DNA of 32,000 bases, from the NCBI GenBank assembly GCA_002794465.1, contig MTSL01000113.1, forward strand, positions 1 to 32,000, in the 5' to 3' direction. This stretch comes from Paramicrosporidium saccamoebae KSL3 (taxonomy: Eukaryota; Fungi; Cryptomycota). How positions within the stretch are numbered: position 1 is the stretch's first letter; each line of letters begins with the position of its first letter. A program made the translations under genes and the position numbers. Under the pieces are notes generated by a model. That model did no database searches. It saw only the letters and a program-made list of their open reading frames with translations, and was not told where the DNA came from. Below, piece after piece: positions 20,190-28,078 of the stretch.

Positions 20190-20786
20190 ATGAATGGGGC
20201 CTTGACAAAGACATTGGCCACAAGAAAGCTTTCACTATTTATTCTCACTAGTCTTGACGGAAAAGTTGCGCGAAGTAATGGTGAGATTGACTGGATTTGG
20301 ACAGACCCAGTGGAGGGACCCAACAGCGACTGCAACTATGGCAAATTCATGTCCAGTGTTAAATATGTTGTCACGGGACGCAAAACGTTTGACATTTCGG
20401 CATCGTTTGAAAAGCTTCCATTTGCAGGGAAGCAAAAGTATGTCTTTACGCGGACGGCAGGCTCATCTCGCCCAAACGACGAGACGACCTATATCAGCGA
20501 CGATCCGGCACAGTTTGTTCGCGAGCTCAAAACAAGGGCACCTCTTGATAATGTGGAAGATGAGAAAATTTGGCTTCTGGGAGGAGCAGAAATATTCAAG
20601 CAACTGCATGATGCGGACTTGGTGGACGAAATCATTCTTACCATCCAGCCCATTATAATTGGCGCCGGGATAAACCTGTTTGACGGAATCACTCTAGAGA
20701 CCAAATGGAATCTCGTCTCTTGCGAGAGCTGGAAAGAGGGACTAGTTCAAATGACATATTCCCGTAGCCCAACTCCCACTGTATAA
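20190..20786 (+). CDS. Bacterial-type dihydrofolate reductase family (RibD C-terminal domain) protein, 198 aa
   Basis: RKLSLFILTSLDGKVAR.NGEIDW, VVTGRKTF, IWLLGGAEIF and DLVDEIILTIQPIIIGAGINLF match stand-alone RibD_C/DHFR-fold proteins. Intronless. Confidence 0.88.
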   Translation: MNGALTKTLATRKLSLFILTSLDGKVARSNGEIDWIWTDPVEGPNSDCNYGKFMSSVKYVVTGRKTFDISASFEKLPFAGKQKYVFTRTAGSSRPNDETTYISDDPAQFVRELKTRAPLDNVEDEKIWLLGGAEIFKQLHDADLVDEIILTIQPIIIGAGINLFDGITLETKWNLVSCESWKEGLVQMTYSRSPTPTV

Positions 20787-20895
20787 TAAAACACCGAAAC
20801 CTCTTCCATAATGAGCATAGCGACAGGGGATTCCGACTGTCAAATTTGTTCAGTCACCTGCGACAGGATTGTTTAGTGACCACTTTTAGATTTGG

Positions 20896-23364
20896 ATGGA
20901 CCTCGCAAACAGAGTCGATCGAGCTAGACAGTGGGAATCTGTCATTGCAAGTGTCGAGTCGACACCTCTAGAGCCCGGCAATTGGTGGTTCCTGATTAGT
21001 GCTGGTTGGTTGCGTAGCTGGCAATCCTACTGCCAAGACTTGACTGGTGCGGCTCCACCTCCTGGGGGAATCACGACAGACAACCTCATCCATCCGCTGT
21101 CAAGCAAACTGGGATTTGCCCAGACTCGGGATGGTCTGGTTGTGGACGAGGACTATGTTGTTGTGCCAGAGGAAGCTTGGAATCTATTGACATCTTGGTA
21201 TGGGTTATCAGAGGGATCACTTGCAATTTCTCGTCCTGTTGCTGTCAATGGCGAAAGTGCCTTTATTGATGTAAATCTCCCAAGTGTCAAATTTCGCATC
21301 GGAAATGGCACAATGAGAAGGCTTTGTTTTCCCCGAGGCTACACGGTCGGTCAGCTGAAACGGATATTTATTACTAAGGAAGAAGCGGAAAAGAGGGAGG
21401 AAAGGCTGATGTTTGGTGAGGAAAATAATGAAATTTGTGTCACGTCGTTTACTGGAGAGGAGGACATTTCTGTCACGTCTTTTACTGGAGATGAGGACAT
21501 TTCGGGTGCGCCGTTTAATAGCAAGGACAAAATCGAACAGAGCCCCTTATTTACCGTCTATTACAATGAGGGACGCAAATCTCTTGACAATGATGCAGTG
21601 CTAGTTAGTGATACTCATTTGCTCAACTCGGATGCCTATCTCGTTGTTGATGCGGCGCCGGAAATGTTGCAGTGTGATGCAGAAGACGTGAAGCAATCAT
21701 TGATAAAATTAAATGACACATCTGGTCTTTCTGGACTACGAAATTTGGGAAATACATGTTTCATGAATTCCGCGCTTCAATGTCTGTCTAATTGCGAGCC
21801 TCTGACAAGTTTTTTTTTGCATGGTCATCACGTGTCGCAGATCAACCGATCAAATCCAATAGGCACCGGCGGGGCACTGGCTGAAGCCTATGGAGCATTG
21901 GTGAAGGACATTTGGCAGGGTAATGGATGCTGTGGCAATGTGGCTGATCCGAGCCGATTCAAGCACATTCTTGGTCGTTTTGAACATCGCTTTATGGGCT
22001 ACCATCAACAAGACTCGCAGGAACTATTGTCTGCACTTCTTGACAGACTTCACGAGGATGTTAATAGAATTGTCCACAAGCCCTACATTGAGCTACAAGA
22101 CTCTGACGGTAGACCAGACTGTGAGATTGCCAAAGAGTCTTGGACAAACCACAAACTCAGAAATGACTCTGTAGTTGTGGACAATTTCCATGGACAATTC
22201 CGATCAAGTGTAGTGTGTCCAAACTGTGGCTATAATTCTGTCACTTTTGACCCATTTTTATTTGTCAGCCTCCCACTTCCAAATGCAAGCCTCTCCACAC
22301 TCGAGGTTACCTTTGTACGCCATGACCATGCCATCCAGATGCGTATTCCGGTAGACCGAGTTCACGCAAAAATTGACAATCTCCTCGACTCTATTGGGGA
22401 GGCTACGGGGATTTCCGTGTCCCAATTGGTACCGGTGGAAATTTATGATCATAGTCCTTACAAAGTCTACCGGAAGGACTATCCGTTGAGTAGAATCAAT
22501 CAGCCTTCAGACGACATTAAAGTGTATGTTGCCGAATCGGATTTTCCAGTTTGGATTACATTTAAACTGGAGGCTGGCGGTGGATATACACTGCCAGTAG
22601 CATTCCCCCTGCTACTCTCCATGGAGAAAGATGAGGAAATTGTTCCAGCGATTCGCTCACTAGTCGCTGGTATTATCAAGACGGCTCTGCCTAACATTGA
22701 TCTTTCTACTATTGACTGGGACAAGCTTGCTCGCATAGATGAGGATCGGAGCCTGGGCATTGACTGCCTGTATTCTGGATACATCGTCGTGTTCTCCCGC
22801 ACTTACTGCAGGGACGAGCTTGGAGTTGACCTCGGCACTGTATTTGAGAATCTTGAGCCAGAGGTTGGTCCTCCAGTAAGCCAACCAAAAGCCGTGTCCT
22901 TGCAGGACTGTCTTGACCTTTTTACCATGGAAGAGCGTCTATCTGCAGACGAGTTGTGGTATTGCAAGCGATGCAAGGACCATCAGCAGGCTTCGAAAAA
23001 GATGGATCTCTGGCGTCTTCCCAATGTGCTCGTCATTCATCTAAAGCGTTTTTCTTACAGCAGGCTATGGGGAGAAAAGGTTTCGACGCGTGTGGACTAT
23101 CCCATAAACGGGCTCGATTTGAGATCCAACCTCCCTTCAGGCGAGCACCCCGTGTACGATCTGTTTGCAGTTTCCAATCACCACGGAGGGCTTGGAGGAG
23201 GCCATTACACGGCCTTGGCCAAAAACTTTGTCAACGGACAATGGTTCAACTTTGACGATTCATACGTGAGCAAAGTTGACGCCTCCACCCTGCAGAGCAA
23301 GGACACTCAGCGCTCCGCCTACTTGCTCTTTTATATTCGACGAGACGACACGAATAATAGATAG
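20896..23364 (+). CDS. UBP12: Ubiquitin-specific protease, Ubp12/USP4/11/15 type (DUSP + USP)
   Basis: DUSP (WWFLISAGW...DYVVVPEEAWNLLTSWYG), Cys box GLRNLGNTCFMNSALQCL, QQDSQE, CPNC/CKRC Zn ribbon, and His box YDLFAVSNHHGGLGGGHYTA...WFNFDDS. Confidence 0.93.
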   Translation: MDLANRVDRARQWESVIASVESTPLEPGNWWFLISAGWLRSWQSYCQDLTGAAPPPGGITTDNLIHPLSSKLGFAQTRDGLVVDEDYVVVPEEAWNLLTSWYGLSEGSLAISRPVAVNGESAFIDVNLPSVKFRIGNGTMRRLCFPRGYTVGQLKRIFITKEEAEKREERLMFGEENNEICVTSFTGEEDISVTSFTGDEDISGAPFNSKDKIEQSPLFTVYYNEGRKSLDNDAVLVSDTHLLNSDAYLVVDAAPEMLQCDAEDVKQSLIKLNDTSGLSGLRNLGNTCFMNSALQCLSNCEPLTSFFLHGHHVSQINRSNPIGTGGALAEAYGALVKDIWQGNGCCGNVADPSRFKHILGRFEHRFMGYHQQDSQELLSALLDRLHEDVNRIVHKPYIELQDSDGRPDCEIAKESWTNHKLRNDSVVVDNFHGQFRSSVVCPNCGYNSVTFDPFLFVSLPLPNASLSTLEVTFVRHDHAIQMRIPVDRVHAKIDNLLDSIGEATGISVSQLVPVEIYDHSPYKVYRKDYPLSRINQPSDDIKVYVAESDFPVWITFKLEAGGGYTLPVAFPLLLSMEKDEEIVPAIRSLVAGIIKTALPNIDLSTIDWDKLARIDEDRSLGIDCLYSGYIVVFSRTYCRDELGVDLGTVFENLEPEVGPPVSQPKAVSLQDCLDLFTMEERLSADELWYCKRCKDHQQASKKMDLWRLPNVLVIHLKRFSYSRLWGEKVSTRVDYPINGLDLRSNLPSGEHPVYDLFAVSNHHGGLGGGHYTALAKNFVNGQWFNFDDSYVSKVDASTLQSKDTQRSAYLLFYIRRDDTNNR
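21438..21503 (+). repeat. Tandem duplication of 33 nt (VTSFTG(E/D)EDIS x2), 2 mismatches
   Basis: 21438-21470 versus 21471-21503. Confidence 0.9.
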
Positions 23365-23570
23365 ATGATTTGTAAATTGCCAATGTGGGTGCTGGCGTTT
23401 AATTGGGGGAATGACTGATCGGTCAAATAGAAAAGAGGAGATAAACAGATTTGATTTGATTTGCTTTATATTAATCTGTTGTACCCCCATACCCACGACA
23501 GTGCTTTTATAATCAAATTGCTAGACCATTTGGTGCGGATGATAATAAATAGACGCTTTATTCTCGGGTA

Positions 23571-24423
23571 CTATTTGGGACGACGGTAGACAAATTGTGA
23601 AGTCTTTAGCAAGCTCCACTTATAACGCTTCCAATACCAAGACAAGCCAACGAGCGAGGCGGTCAGCAGTAGCCCTTTTAAACCTAGCAGCTTCCGTTCC
23701 TCCATCTCGGGCTCTGCTGCCCAGCTGAGAAAGGTTGTGACATCCTTTGCCATTTGAGAGGTGGTTGCAGGAGTACCATCGTCATACTCTACGATGCCAT
23801 CATAAAGATTCCTGGCCATGGCAATTGCTCCTCCTGGGAAGTACTTGTTGTAGTGCAAATTTCCTCGCATCTCTATACCCTCAGGAGGATCACAGTAGCC
23901 GGTGATTAGTGAAAAGACATAGTTTTGTCCGTCAGGGCGGGCCTTTGTCATGAGTGTCAGGTCTGGGGGCAAGGCGCCGGCATTTGCTGCTCTCGCGGCT
24001 TCCTCGTTTGGGTATGGATTTGGAAACCTGTCAGTGAGCTTTCCAGGTCGAGTGAACATGGCGCCAGTGTCATCTGGGCCGTCTTCAACCTCTATTTCAG
24101 CGGCCTCTGCCTTGGCTTCCGCCAGAGTGTGCGAAACTCCGACGAGGTTTCGATACGCCAATTTGAGAGAGTGGCAGGCGGCACATACTTCTTTGTAAAC
24201 CTGATACCCGCGACGGATGCTAACAGTGAGAATAGGCTGCAATGTGGGCCTACCTGGCATGGTCGTATGAGGACATTAGTCCCGAATGCGACCAAGGATA
24301 CTTTGGAGGCTCCACATTCTCCTCTGCCAGCACACGAGTTGGGAAGCGACAGAGGAAATCAAAACTCGTGAATCCGGCTACAGCGCCAGAAGCAATGCCG
24401 ACCAAATGAGCAACTTGACGCAT
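23571..24423 (-). CDS. CYT1: Cytochrome c1 (complex III), two exons: 24423-24254 and 24219-23571, 272 aa
   Basis: A 34-nt intron at 24253-24220 (GTAGGC...TTAG) joins [10 protein letters not shown]...SYDHAS to [16 protein letters not shown]. Also NAGALPPDL, the FPGGAIAM distal Met and a C-terminal TM. The track ORF starting at 24260 reads through the intron. Confidence 0.95.
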
Positions 24424-24506
24424 TGTCCGACCAATAGGAGTGCAATGGTGGTGGGTGTTATGGAGTGGTAGATTGGGCTGAATTTTGCTCTTGAAGAGAT
24501 GGTGGG

Positions 24507-24940
24507 ATGGATCCTTTAGTCAAGTCTGTGGCATTGGTAGTACTCGAAAAATTGGTTGGTATTATCCAATTATTACGCTGGATTCGGGGTGACCGATGGC
24601 AAGTGTTACGTGGTGATACGACCCACATACAGGAACTTGCCTGTGGTCCCCTTGTTACCATTGAGATGGCCAACGAGACAGCTACGATGGGGATACATTG
24701 CCGCTCCAGATTGGCTCATTAGGAAAGACCGATGGGCATTTCCATTGAAAAAGTTTATTGAACAGAGATTGCTGAATCAAAGAGATATAGAATTATTGTA
24801 ATGGGTGTTCCGCAATGGACCCAAAAGACTCTCAGACTCGAACGTCCTGGCTACGGAAATTGGGATTTACCAAAGAATCTCAAGTATGTTAATACTGTAA
24901 CAGCACAAAATAAAGGGGCCATTTGAATTACTGCAATTGG
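24507..24940 (+). pseudogene. Decayed paralogue of the ankyrin-like (A..G.L..L.W) repeat family
   Basis: Frame-hopping repeats: VGIIQLLRWI; MANETATMG|YIAAPDWL (a +1 shift in GGGG 24689-24692); RDIELL*WVFRNG (TAA 24799-24801 where Q/E/K is expected); KGPFELLQL. These resemble GHLQIFQWLYNQG and AAAEAGHTNILDWV of the 25660 gene. Confidence 0.55.
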
Positions 24941-25234
24941 AAATGTGCGGAGGTAATGGGGAAGGCGTGTAAAGGGATTGCTTAATAAAATTCGAGTCTG
25001 ATCTAAAGTTAGAGATGGAATTTTGATCAAAGTCGAGGGCTCTTTATGTATTTACCGTAGGCGCTGAAAAATCGTTAGGGTCAGCTCTTCAACTGCGCCC
25101 GCCAGCTATCAGCACATTTGGTAGGCTTTGTATTTGCTGTCGTTTTTCCCAACCCGCCGATCACAGTGTAGCGTCATCTGTTTACTTGGACGTAAGTGGT
25201 TAAAAGGCTGTGTCTTTTAACTTGTATTTAACAG

Positions 25235-25321
25235 TGTGGGGTTCAAGTAAAGACCTTGTTGAAGAGCAAACTTATTTTTATAAAAGTATGCGGCATATAG
25301 GCAGCCATCCTCAACGTGACA
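25235..25321 (+). repeat. Short LTR-like remnant of the second family (TGTGGGG...TATAAAAG...CGTGACA)
   Basis: The 5' 21 nt are similar to the reverse complement of 19901-19921. TGT...ACA ends, no TSD. Confidence 0.3.
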
Positions 25322-25371
25322 GAAATGGCTTGTGGGATCACTATCTGGGTCGGACTCATCAATGATAAGTG

Positions 25372-25544
25372 TGTGACGCAGAGGCAGAGGGTTGATTAGC
25401 TGGGTATTTTTGTGCTATAGTGGATCGCTTTGCTGGGTATTTGAGGACAATGAGACGTGTATCCATACTATTATAGGATTAGCAGTGAACAAACCCCTCT
25501 TTCTCGCCTGACAGTCCATACTATTTATCCCCCACTACGCGACA
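25372..25544 (+). mobile_element. Solo LTR-like element, copy 2 (173 bp)
   Basis: TGTGACG...CGCGACA, flanked by a perfect 4-bp duplication AGTG (25368-25371 and 25545-25548). The first 34 nt match the copy 1 reverse complement at 30/34. The last 44 nt match the copy 3 reverse complement with a single indel. Confidence 0.8.
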
Positions 25545-25659
25545 AGTGTATGATGCTTAACAGGCCCTTTATTCGAGTCTTTGGTCCATAGTTATGCTAT
25601 CTCACAACTGGGGATCACTTTAGAAACAGTAAATTACTAAAAGTGGCACAGCCACACCA

Positions 25660-27630
25660 ATGGTGTATTATACGGCAATTCCGTTACTATTACTCTTATT
25701 TCGAGGAACTCACTCCGCTGTGGCTAGTTCTAGTAGCGACAGCGATGACTTTGCCCTCCCTGCATCGGTTGAAGCTAATGTCCCCATAAATTTCGACACC
25801 TTGATTAAAGCTGGGGGAGACTTGGACTTTACCACACTCGAATCCCAACTTCAGGGTGGTGACCCAGAATCCATCTCTAAGCAGTGTCAGTCAATATCTA
25901 TCATAGTGGCCAAATTCTGTATGCTCAAAAATACCGAAAATGTCGTACAGCAGGCACTCGATGCGGGCTGCTACAAGGCTCTGCAGTGTTTTATGTGCCA
26001 GGCAATTTGGAAGAATCAAGAGCGAGAACATTGGGTTTGGGCCAAGATTTATGGCACTCCCGCTTTTGATCAAGAATCTTGGAATCGGCGAAAATTCCAA
26101 TGGGAAAAATTCTGGAAGATGATAATCAAGGCCGATAATAGAAAGTTCTACTTGCTTACGAGCAGTGCGCCATGTTTAAAGGTCTTTTCTGATGAAGATT
26201 TATACAAAGCTATTATCGAATTTGATGCGGTCAACATCCTCTCCTCTCTCGGTGCAGAGGCGGTGAGAAAGTTGGCAGGAAAGGTAGATTTGATAATCGA
26301 ATACATGCCGCCTAGAGTAATTGCCTGGATCATCGGCAGCGTTCACGAAATTAAAGCTAATACCAGACATCTCATCCCTCAAATGGTCAAGTCTTCCAAA
26401 GCACTCCAGTATCTCCTCCATGTTGGCTACGACCAGATTCCAAGGCCCTGCCTGTATATTAAGAATGATCTGCCGGCTGTCTACAGCAATTATGCATATT
26501 GGCTTGCCAAGCGAAATTGTCTGTCCTTACTGCAGGAAATGCTCAAGGAAAATCCCAATTTTAATCGCAACTATGCTTGGTTTCGAAAGTCCGCCATCAA
26601 GGGAGGCAGTCTCGACGTTCTAGAGTGGCTGTACAAGATGAAGAAAATCAAGCTTGTACCCGCAGAATTGGTGTGTCTTGTTGTCAAAAAGGGAGATTTA
26701 AAGACCATCAAATGGATAATCGAAAAGTTTGGACATTGTATTAATTGGGATCACGTGTTACGGCAGTCTTATTCATCTTGTCGTTCGCGTAAAACTATCA
26801 GATATATACAGAAAAACACTAGTGCCATTTTGCCCGACCATTATATCCCAAGTTTCCTCGCAGCAAAAGGTAATCTTCCCGAATTACAGGCTACAATTGC
26901 AAGCTCAAGGAGCACTTTCTCGTGGAAGAAGGTAGCCAATGCCGCAGCTGAAGCTGGCCATACCAATATTCTCGACTGGGTCTACCAAACATCATGTACT
27001 CTTCCGAGCTCAAAAGCCGTGGAACAAGCTTGTAAGATGGGTCATCATACTGTCCTCATTTGGATATTCAAGGTTGATTCCTCTCAGATAAACTTTGATG
27101 GCTCATATCGCAAAATTGGTGCAGCGTATTGCCTTCTCTACGCCGCCATGAACAACAATCAGGAAGATATGGAATGGATATTAGAGAACCTCTTTAAGAC
27201 TAACCTGCCAAGCATGGATAAAGTTTATCGAGAAACCAAAGTCGTCCCTGAAGAGGCACAATTAAGAGCTCTCAAATGGATCGCATTAAAGGGTGCCACA
27301 GAGATCCAACCAGAGATGATGACAAGGGCGGCCAGTTTGGGCCATTTACAAATTTTCCAATGGCTGTATAATCAAGGACAGCCCGTAACTATTAATGCTG
27401 TGGAAGTGGCTGCTATGGATTGCAACGTAAATATTTTGGCCACCATATACGAAATTGATCAATCTTTGGTGTGCACTGTAAGAGTGGCTAACCTGGCAGC
27501 GATGCGCCGTTTTTGTTTACAAAGATATACCGTCTTAGATTGGCTGTGGAGGGTGTGTAACGTCCTCCCTACAAAATGGGATTTCGATGAAAAATGCCTT
27601 GAAGAGTGGATAATAAGCAAGCGATTGTGA
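25660..27630 (+). CDS. Putative secreted protein with about 9-10 degenerate ankyrin-like repeats (AAxxGHLxILxW type), 656 aa
   Basis: Signal-peptide-like MVYYTAIPLLLLLFRGTHS. Repeats include SAIKGGSLDVLEWL, VVKKGDLKTIKWI, AAAEAGHTNILDWV, ACKMGHHTVLIWI and AASLGHLQIFQWL. Confidence 0.85.
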   Translation: MVYYTAIPLLLLLFRGTHSAVASSSSDSDDFALPASVEANVPINFDTLIKAGGDLDFTTLESQLQGGDPESISKQCQSISIIVAKFCMLKNTENVVQQALDAGCYKALQCFMCQAIWKNQEREHWVWAKIYGTPAFDQESWNRRKFQWEKFWKMIIKADNRKFYLLTSSAPCLKVFSDEDLYKAIIEFDAVNILSSLGAEAVRKLAGKVDLIIEYMPPRVIAWIIGSVHEIKANTRHLIPQMVKSSKALQYLLHVGYDQIPRPCLYIKNDLPAVYSNYAYWLAKRNCLSLLQEMLKENPNFNRNYAWFRKSAIKGGSLDVLEWLYKMKKIKLVPAELVCLVVKKGDLKTIKWIIEKFGHCINWDHVLRQSYSSCRSRKTIRYIQKNTSAILPDHYIPSFLAAKGNLPELQATIASSRSTFSWKKVANAAAEAGHTNILDWVYQTSCTLPSSKAVEQACKMGHHTVLIWIFKVDSSQINFDGSYRKIGAAYCLLYAAMNNNQEDMEWILENLFKTNLPSMDKVYRETKVVPEEAQLRALKWIALKGATEIQPEMMTRAASLGHLQIFQWLYNQGQPVTINAVEVAAMDCNVNILATIYEIDQSLVCTVRVANLAAMRRFCLQRYTVLDWLWRVCNVLPTKWDFDEKCLEEWIISKRL

Positions 27631-27648
27631 GAGCGGACTGAACAATGG

Positions 27649-27860
27649 TGTCGCGTAGTGGGGGTAAATAGTATGGACTGTCAGGCGAGAAGGGAACCCG
27701 TTCATTTTTAATCCAATAGCCCTTTTATAGTCTCCCAAGTGGCATAGTAATAGTCCTCAAATACCCAGTATAGTGATCCACTCAAATACCCAGCAACTAG
27801 GTCTTCTCCAAACTAGGGAACTATTTCTAAAAGACATACTAATCAGTCTTTTACGTCACA
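27649..27860 (-). mobile_element. Solo LTR-like element, copy 3 (212 bp)
   Basis: Plus-strand ends TGTCGCGTA...TACGTCACA, flanked by a perfect 4-bp duplication ATGG (27645-27648 and 27861-27864). CTATAAAAG lies on the minus strand. The central ~100 bp closely matches 20023-20097 apart from a 25-nt insertion. Confidence 0.85.
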
Positions 27861-27899
27861 ATGGGATCTGTATTAATATTATATTCTCAAGCTTGTTCA

Positions 27900-28056
27900 T
27901 GTCATTTGCAAGACTAAAAATAGACTGTCGGAATAGCGGTGAACGACCATGAATGGCAGCGAGCAGCAATTAGCGAGTTTTCTTCCCTCCTCACCTTTTT
28001 CCTTTTCGTCTCTACCCGCCTGATAAAGTCGGTGGAGTCCTTTCCACTACGTGGCA
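27900..28056 (+). mobile_element. Diverged copy 4 of the same LTR-like family
   Basis: The 3' end CTCTACCCGCCTGATAAAGTCGGTGGAGTCCTTTCCACTACGTGGCA aligns with the copy 1 minus-strand end CTCTTCCCGCCTGGCAGGGCCCGTGGTTCTATCCCCACTACGCAACA. The 5' boundary is uncertain and there is no TSD. Confidence 0.5.
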
Positions 28057-28078
28057 ATCCCACCCTCGCCACGCACCA

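Noticed and set aside
20811-20876. 21-codon uORF MSIATGDSDCQICSVTCDRIV, or an upstream exon of UBP12
   Set aside because: The only frame-compatible donor is GTCACC, whereas every supported intron here starts GTA. The CxxC is too short to be meaningful.
23571-24260. Track ORF start [14 protein letters not shown] for CYT1
   Set aside because: It reads through the 34-nt intron. Splicing restores the conserved PWSH...DHASIRRG N-terminus.
25074-25081. GTTAGGGT, read on the minus strand as ACCCTAAC, a possible telomerase RNA template
   Set aside because: An 8-nt match is expected by chance in this much intergenic DNA, and no supporting structure was recognised.
25021-25230. GC-richer intergenic patch as a possible snRNA or SRP RNA
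   Set aside because: I could not identify convincing U1-U6, SRP or RNase P motifs. An Infernal/Rfam scan would be needed.
25368-27864. Composite TIR transposon carrying the ankyrin gene
   Set aside because: Each flanking element has its own TSD (AGTG; ATGG) and the outer flanks of the whole unit differ, so these are independent insertions. No transposase is present.
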